Shown: piece by piece, positions 28,256-33,490 of the stretch
How positions within the stretch are numbered: position 1 is the first letter of the stretch
Layout: each line of letters opens with the position of its first letter
Source of the DNA: an uncultured Planctomycetales bacterium
GTDB lineage: Bacteria > Planctomycetota > Phycisphaerae > UBA1845 > Fen-1342
Direction: 5' to 3'
DNA: 33,490 nucleotides
Assembly (NCBI GenBank): GCA_964629745.1
Contig: CAZVRR010000002.1
Location: forward strand, 1 to 33,490
Translations under genes and position numbers: made by a program
Notes under the pieces: generated by a model
Database searches by the model: none
Told to the model about the DNA's origin: nothing
The model's input: the letters and a program-made list of their open reading frames with translations, nothing else

Positions 28256-29179
28256 ATGACACTGCAACTCGAGCCGGTGGGCGGCCCGGACGCCGCCTGC
28301 GCGAGTTCCGCGCCCGCGCGGAAGCTAGTCGGCTTCGTCGCTACCTATCACTACGTTCGTCCCCGCAATTCCGACGGGGTGACGGGCATCACCCCGTCCG
28401 AACTGGCGGCGCAGTTGCGCGCCATCCAGCAGCGTTACCGGATTGTCCCGGTCGAGGTGTTCGTCGCCGGTGCCGCCGAGGACGACAACCTGGCCCTGCT
28501 CACGTTCGATGACGGGCTGCGCGACCAGTTCGCGGCGGCCCAGGTGCTCGACGACTTCGGCGTCTGCGGCGTGTTCTACACGCCGATGCGGCCCTACAGC
28601 GACGAGAGCGACCGCTGGTGCCCGCAGCACCTGCTGCACGCGCTGGCCGACCATCTCGGGTGGGCCGAACTCGAGCGACGGGCGGCCCCGTACCTGGTCG
28701 GCCTCGAGCTGGACTCCGGCGACATCAACCGCCTGTATCACTACGAGCAGCCGCACAAGCGGCGGTTGAAGTATGCCCTGGCGTTCGGCCTGACGCCCGG
28801 GCGCGCCGCATGCGTCCTCCGGGAGATTAACGCGCGGGTCGGCCTGCGCCCCGAGGACTGGTATCTCAGCGCCGGTCAGTTGAGCGCGTTGCAGGACGCC
28901 GGGCATTCGCTTGGTGGCCATGGGTTTGACCACTTGCCGTACCGTATCATGACCGCGAAGCAGCAGGCGGCGGACCTGCACCGCGCCGTCCAGACGATGA
29001 ACCAGCTCTTCGGCGCGCTGCCCCGCACGTTCGCCTGCCCGTTCGGCCAGGCCGGGCCGGAAACCGTCGCCCTGGCCCGCGGCTGCGGCTACGTGCACAT
29101 GTTCACCACCGCGGACCGGGTGGACGCACGCGACGTGCTGTCTGCACTGCGCCGCCCCACTCCCCGGAGCATCGCATGA
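28256..29179 (+). CDS. Polysaccharide deacetylase (NodB-homology) family protein
   Basis: Motifs seen: LLTFDDGLRDQF (the TFDDG motif), a later GGHGFDH (the H..H motif), and an N-terminal YHYVR. The start is ambiguous between ATG 28256 and the track GTG 28187. Confidence 0.8.
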   Translation: MTLQLEPVGGPDAACASSAPARKLVGFVATYHYVRPRNSDGVTGITPSELAAQLRAIQQRYRIVPVEVFVAGAAEDDNLALLTFDDGLRDQFAAAQVLDDFGVCGVFYTPMRPYSDESDRWCPQHLLHALADHLGWAELERRAAPYLVGLELDSGDINRLYHYEQPHKRRLKYALAFGLTPGRAACVLREINARVGLRPEDWYLSAGQLSALQDAGHSLGGHGFDHLPYRIMTAKQQAADLHRAVQTMNQLFGALPRTFACPFGQAGPETVALARGCGYVHMFTTADRVDARDVLSALRRPTPRSIA

Positions 29180-30102
29180 GCCTCGAGATTCGACCGTGCC
29201 GCGACCCCGAACCGGTGCGGAATTACATCGACGCCTACTGGCGCGCCGGGCATGTCCTGGCACGCAACGAGGAGATGTTCCGGTTCACGTATTGCACGCC
29301 CTGGGTCGACCGGCGGGTGTTCCCCGGCGGCATCAGCGTCCTGTGCCTCCACGACGGGCCGCAACTGGTCGGCTTCCTCGGCGCGATCGTGGCGCCGTAT
29401 CCCCGCGGCCAATCCTACTGGGGTGCGCTCTGGCACGTGCTTCCCGCGCTGAAAGGGACCGGGCAGGGGGGGCGGCTGCTGCAAACGCTGCAAGACATTG
29501 CGGATGACGCCGACGGCTGGTATGGCGGGTTCGGGATTGGCCCGGAAGCCCTGCCCGTGTACCTCAAGTACGGCTACTGCGTCCGCGCGGCCCGCCGCTG
29601 GGTCTTTCGACCGGAGAACATCGAGCAGGCAACTCCGCCGGTGACCCGGGCGCGCCTGCATTCAGGCGAGAGCTTGCCGGACGAGAACTGGACGGACTAT
29701 CGCTTTCGGCGGCACCCCTCGTTTGCGTACGAGGTGCGCGCCCAAGGCGTGTTTCGCACGGAACAGAACGGCTGGGGACGCGTCACGCACGCGTGCTGGC
29801 TCTCACGCTCCAGCCAGGGAGATGTCCACGCCGTGTACGACCGCGAGTCGACCACCGCGTGCCGGGAGCGGTCTCGGTACATCCTGGACGCGTGGGCTTT
29901 CGAGTGTCCCGGGCCTGGTTGGACGCTGGCGCCGCAAGACCTGCCCAGTCTCTTTCATCCCGTGGAGGCGCGCGGCAACGTCTGCTACGCGATCGGCAAG
30001 CCGTTCCTGCCCAGCCAGATCCACAAGGGTGATGCCGATCAGGACCGCCCGAATGTGCCCGCACCAACGGCTGCCCCCGTTCGAGCGGCGGCAGTTCGCT
30101 GA
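29176..30102 (+). CDS. Hypothetical protein with a GNAT-like (possibly FemAB-related) acyltransferase N-terminal half
   Basis: The ATG overlaps the deacetylase stop (ATGA at 29176-29179). The segment LVGFLGAIV...ALKGTGQGGRLLQTL resembles the GNAT acyl-CoA binding loop (Q/R-x-x-G-x-G/A). The C-terminal half is unrecognised. Confidence 0.65.
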   Translation: MSLEIRPCRDPEPVRNYIDAYWRAGHVLARNEEMFRFTYCTPWVDRRVFPGGISVLCLHDGPQLVGFLGAIVAPYPRGQSYWGALWHVLPALKGTGQGGRLLQTLQDIADDADGWYGGFGIGPEALPVYLKYGYCVRAARRWVFRPENIEQATPPVTRARLHSGESLPDENWTDYRFRRHPSFAYEVRAQGVFRTEQNGWGRVTHACWLSRSSQGDVHAVYDRESTTACRERSRYILDAWAFECPGPGWTLAPQDLPSLFHPVEARGNVCYAIGKPFLPSQIHKGDADQDRPNVPAPTAAPVRAAAVR

Positions 30103-30174
30103 CGGCGCGTCGCTTGTGGGCCGCGGGCACGGGGACTCTAATGCCGCGGTCGGGGGACCCGGAACGAGGGCTCC

Positions 30175-30519
30175 ATGGACCCGGCCGCCGATTGGACCAG
30201 CAGTGTCGACATCGCCATCACGGTGTGTGATGAACACGGGACGATTACGGCCCTGAACCCCTGTGCCATCGCGCGGTTGGCGCGCGACGGCGGAGCGGCG
30301 CTGCTCGGGCGTAACGTCTTCGACTGTCACCCGGGTGAGTCTCGCACCAAGATTGAGGCGCTGTACGCCTCGCAGCGTTCCAACCATTACACGATCTCGA
30401 AAGGCGGCGAGCGACGCATCATTCACCAGCTCCCGCAGTTTCGCGCCGGCCGCTTCGCCGGCTACGTGGAACTCTCCATCGCAATCCCGTGGGAATTGCC
30501 GCATTTTGACCGGCACTAG
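30175..30519 (+). CDS. Stand-alone PAS-domain protein (114 aa)
   Basis: GAGGG lies upstream of the ATG. The sequence ITVCDEHGTITALNPCAIARL....LLGRNVFDCHP...HYTISKGGERRIIHQLPQF..GRFAGYVELS has the PAS beta-sheet/helix pattern. No output domain is present. Confidence 0.7.
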   Translation: MDPAADWTSSVDIAITVCDEHGTITALNPCAIARLARDGGAALLGRNVFDCHPGESRTKIEALYASQRSNHYTISKGGERRIIHQLPQFRAGRFAGYVELSIAIPWELPHFDRH

Positions 30520-30572
30520 CGTCGCCGACCGGCTCCGCGGAGCTATCATTCCCGGCATGGAAGGAGCGAGCG

Positions 30573-31115
30573 GTGCCGCGCGATGACCAAGCGCTGGTAC
30601 AGGCCTGCCTTGACGGTGACGCGCCCGCCTGGGACGAGCTGGTGGAGCGCTATGGTCGGCTGGTGTATTCGATTCCCCGGCGACTTCGACTCCCCGACGC
30701 GGACTGCGACGACGTGTTCCAGGTGGTCTTCGGCATCGTGCTCCGGCGACTGGAGACTCTGCGCGATGTCGAGCGCCTGTCCGCCTGGCTGATTCGCACC
30801 ACGTACCGCGAGGCCTGGCGGGTCGGCAAACGGCGTCGCTCCCAGGAGGCGGAACTCCCCGCGGACGTCGCGCACGACGGAACGCCCACTGATGAGCAGA
30901 TCTTCGCGCTCGAGCGGCAACAGATGGTGCGCCAGGCACTTGCGCAACTCGACCCGCGATGTCGCGACCTCATTTCCGCCCTGTTCTTCGACCCGCACAC
31001 ACCCGACTATGCCGAGATCGCCGCACGCCTGCAAATGAAGGTCGGCAGCATCGGCCCCACCCGCGCGCGGTGCTTCGCGAAACTCGAATCACTGCTGCGT
31101 CAAAACCCGCTATAG
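30573..31115 (+). CDS. ECF-type RNA polymerase sigma-70 family factor
   Basis: The GTG start has AAGGAG 6 nt upstream. Region 2 reads WDELVERYGRLVYSIPRR...DCDDVFQVVF and SAWLIRTTYREAW. Region 4 reads LDPRCRDLISALFF......YAEIAARLQMKVGSIGPTRARCFAKL. Confidence 0.9.
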   Translation: MPRDDQALVQACLDGDAPAWDELVERYGRLVYSIPRRLRLPDADCDDVFQVVFGIVLRRLETLRDVERLSAWLIRTTYREAWRVGKRRRSQEAELPADVAHDGTPTDEQIFALERQQMVRQALAQLDPRCRDLISALFFDPHTPDYAEIAARLQMKVGSIGPTRARCFAKLESLLRQNPL

Positions 31116-31170
31116 TCGCAGTGTATTTCTTTCGACTTAGTGCGCCTCCGTCTGTTCGGCAGGAGCAGGC

Positions 31171-31794
31171 ATGGCTTCGTCCCAGGTTTCGTATGACCAA
31201 CTGGCCCAGTACGCTGCCGGTCGACTTGCCCCTGCCGAGCGCGAGATGATCGAGCAGGCCCTCGCTGACAACCCGGAAGCGGCGATGTTCGTCGAGCGTT
31301 TGAAACTCGTGGCGGAAGTCGTCCGTCTGGATGCCGGGAATGTCCCGCCGCCGACGACGATCGAGTCAGCCAGAAGCCTGTTCCGCGAGCGCCAGGCGCG
31401 CCGGCCGAGCGGCGATTGGCTGTCCCGGCTTCGGCGTGTGGCGGCGCGCCTGTCATTCGACAGCCGGCCGCAGGTCGCGCGTGCCGGCCTGCGTGGCGGG
31501 GGCGAAACGTACCAGATGGTGTTCGACAGCGACCTGGCCGAAATCGACCTCGAAGTCGCGCCGTCTGGCGAATCGACGAGCACGAAACGCCGGCTGCGCG
31601 GCCAGATCGCGCCTCACTCCGAGGCGCGCGTCGCGGCGGTGGCCGTCTGCCCGCCCGGCAGCGACGTACCGGTCGCTGTCGCCGAGCCAGACAACCACGG
31701 CCACTTTGACTTGCTGACGGAGCCGGGGCGTTACGACGTCTGCATCGCCGTGGAATCCGCGCTGGTGGTGTTGCCCGACGTCGACATTGAATGA
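31171..31794 (+). CDS. Putative soluble anti-sigma factor (anti-sigma-domain-like N-terminus, beta-sandwich-like C-terminus)
   Basis: AGGAG lies 5 nt upstream of the ATG, and the gene sits directly downstream of the ECF sigma. The N-terminus YDQLAQYAAGRLAPAEREMIEQALADNPEA resembles an anti-sigma domain without the His/Cys zinc ligands. There is no hydrophobic stretch long enough for a TM helix. The C-terminus (AVCPPGSDVPVAVAEPDNHGHFDLLTEPGRYDVCI) looks like a carboxypeptidase-regulatory-like fold. Confidence 0.65.
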   Translation: MASSQVSYDQLAQYAAGRLAPAEREMIEQALADNPEAAMFVERLKLVAEVVRLDAGNVPPPTTIESARSLFRERQARRPSGDWLSRLRRVAARLSFDSRPQVARAGLRGGGETYQMVFDSDLAEIDLEVAPSGESTSTKRRLRGQIAPHSEARVAAVAVCPPGSDVPVAVAEPDNHGHFDLLTEPGRYDVCIAVESALVVLPDVDIE

Positions 31795-33490
31795 ACGGGC
31801 CGTTTGCCCTGCGCGATGACCTCCTGCATGACCTGCTGCGACTGCCGGCAACGCAGCGCGTGGAACTGCTGCGCGCCGCCGGACCGGCGGACGCGGTGCT
31901 GGCTGCGCTGGCCGCCGCGGTGGAGAAGCTGGCGATGACGCAAGTCTCGATCGCACTGGCGGGCAGCGAAGTCGTGCTCGAAGCGGCCGACGCGCTGGGC
32001 GGGTCGGCGGAGCGGGCTCGCGCCCGCCAGGCGCGCGCCCAGGCGCTCTCGTACGCCGGCCGGTTCGAGGAGTCCCTGCCGGTGGGCGCGGAGGCCTTCG
32101 CGATTGCGGACGCGGCGCGCCTCGCGGTGGAGCGCGGCCGGGCCCGCCTGGCCATCGTGCATGCGCTGGTCGGACTGGCGCGCTACGCCGAGGCGATCCG
32201 CGAGGCAGATACGGCGCGGCGCGAGCTGGAGACCGCGGGCGCGTCGCAACTTGCGGCCCGCGCGCGGAACAGCCTGGGCGGGCTCTACCAGAAGCTGGAC
32301 CGGCCGGCCGAAGCGCTTGCTCATTTCGAGTCGGCACGGGCAGACCTCGCGGCCGATCCCGTCGCACTGGCCCAACTCGATTCCAACCGCGGACTGGCCT
32401 TGCTCAGCCTCGATGACTTCGCGGGGGCGGTGGCCGCGTATCGTGCGGCGTTGACCGGCTTCGAGCACGCCGGCCTCCGTTGGGCCGCCGCGATCGTCGA
32501 GAACAACCTGGCGGTCCTGGCCACGCGACGTGGGATCCTCCACGAGGCCCTTTTCCACTTCGAGCATGCCCGACGACACCTCGATCGCGACGATGCACCC
32601 GCGGAATTGGCGCGCATGCTCGTCGAGCAGGCGGATGCGCTGGTCGTGCTCGGGCTTGTGCCGGCCGCGCTGGAGCAATACCAGGCTGCGCTGCCGATAC
32701 TCGAGCGGACCGGTCAGTCGCGCGAGGCCACGCAGGCCTGCGCCGGCATCGGCGTCGCGCTGGCGCTGATGAATCGCCAGCGGGAGGCGGAGCCGCTGCT
32801 TGCGGCCGCCGCAGCGCAGTATGCGCAACTCGGCCAGGTGTCCGAGTGCGCGCGCCTCGACCTGCTTCGCGCGGAGCTGGCCCGCCGGGACGGTCGGCTG
32901 GCGGAATCGCGCGCGCTGGCCGACGCGGCCCTGTCACGGACGGCGGCGCGTCCCGCGGCCGCCGCGGCGGCACGGTACCAGTTGGCGCTCACGCACCTGG
33001 CCGCGGGCGAGCTGGCATCGGCGGAACGTACGTTGGCAGCCGCTCTGGGTGGCGCGGCGGAGCTTGGCCTCGCACCGCTGCTGGCAGATCTGCTGCACGC
33101 GCGGGGCCTGCTGCACCGCGCGCAGGGGCGGACGGCAGAGGCGGTGGCCGATTTTCAAGCGGCGATCGACCACGTCGAGCGGGTGCGCGGCATGCTCCAG
33201 GCCCAGCGCTTCCGGGCGGCGTTTCACTCGAATCGCCTGGCGCTCTACGACGACCTGGTTCTCGCCGCACTCGAGCGCGACACACACGCCGGGCTTGCGG
33301 ACGCACTGGCCGGCATGGAGCGCGCCAAGAGCCGCACACTGTTGGACGAGGTCCAGCGCGCTGAGGCCGGGACGCCCGACGCGGGCGATCCGGCGACCGC
33401 GGAGCTGATTGGTGCGGTACGGCGACTCCGCGGCGACGTGAATGCGCTCTACAGCCGGCTGGCTGATGCGAGCTTTACGGACACGCCGCC
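31791..33490 (+). CDS. TPR-repeat protein, 5' part (566 codons, runs off the window); probable TPR-CHAT protease family
   Basis: This ORF is not in the ORF track because it has no stop in the window. Its ATG at 31791 overlaps the anti-sigma stop (ATGA). The frame is uninterrupted to 33490 with strong GC3 bias. The sequence is Ala/Leu/Arg-rich helical repeats. It ends ...RFRAAFHSNRLALYDDLVLAALE..MERAKSRTLLDEV, which matches my memory of the linker preceding the CHAT domain. The CHAT domain itself would lie beyond the window. Confidence 0.75.
   Translation, partial: MNGPFALRDDLLHDLLRLPATQRVELLRAAGPADAVLAALAAAVEKLAMTQVSIALAGSEVVLEAADALGGSAERARARQARAQALSYAGRFEESLPVGAEAFAIADAARLAVERGRARLAIVHALVGLARYAEAIREADTARRELETAGASQLAARARNSLGGLYQKLDRPAEALAHFESARADLAADPVALAQLDSNRGLALLSLDDFAGAVAAYRAALTGFEHAGLRWAAAIVENNLAVLATRRGILHEALFHFEHARRHLDRDDAPAELARMLVEQADALVVLGLVPAALEQYQAALPILERTGQSREATQACAGIGVALALMNRQREAEPLLAAAAAQYAQLGQVSECARLDLLRAELARRDGRLAESRALADAALSRTAARPAAAAAARYQLALTHLAAGELASAERTLAAALGGAAELGLAPLLADLLHARGLLHRAQGRTAEAVADFQAAIDHVERVRGMLQAQRFRAAFHSNRLALYDDLVLAALERDTHAGLADALAGMERAKSRTLLDEVQRAEAGTPDAGDPATAELIGAVRRLRGDVNALYSRLADASFTDTP

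Overview
This is a chromosomal segment of about 70% GC by eye, densely packed with 28 protein-coding genes. I found no rRNA, tRNA, CRISPR array or mobile element. The gene content suggests a Planctomycetota-like (PVC) organism: a prepilin-type H-X9-DG-like protein, a PEP-CTERM protein, an FG-GAP/dockerin protein, many TPR proteins and ECF sigma modules. That taxonomic call is inference only.

The housekeeping genes I recognise with confidence are hydF, clpS, ribBA, lipA, leuS and uvrB. I also recognise a pterin-4a-carbinolamine dehydratase, an MBL-fold hydrolase, a HisN/IMPase-family phosphatase and an OppD/DppD-type ABC ATPase. The region from about 20 to 33.5 kb looks more accessory. It holds cell-surface proteins separated by two unusually long non-coding spacers, then a polysaccharide deacetylase/GNAT-like pair.

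The best candidate for a system is the same-strand run of a stand-alone PAS protein, an ECF sigma, a soluble anti-sigma-like protein and a long TPR protein. The TPR ORF runs off the 3' edge, is missing from the ORF track, and is probably a TPR-CHAT protease.

A second sequence-level observation concerns the hexamer TAGAAT. All six exact copies I found lie in intergenic DNA and point at a downstream gene. Three of them, plus one TACAAT, sit only 6-9 nt before an ATG, which suggests leaderless or near-leaderless transcripts.

Many very long ORFs in the track are antisense artefacts of the GC bias. All family assignments come from motif recognition by eye; no searches were run.
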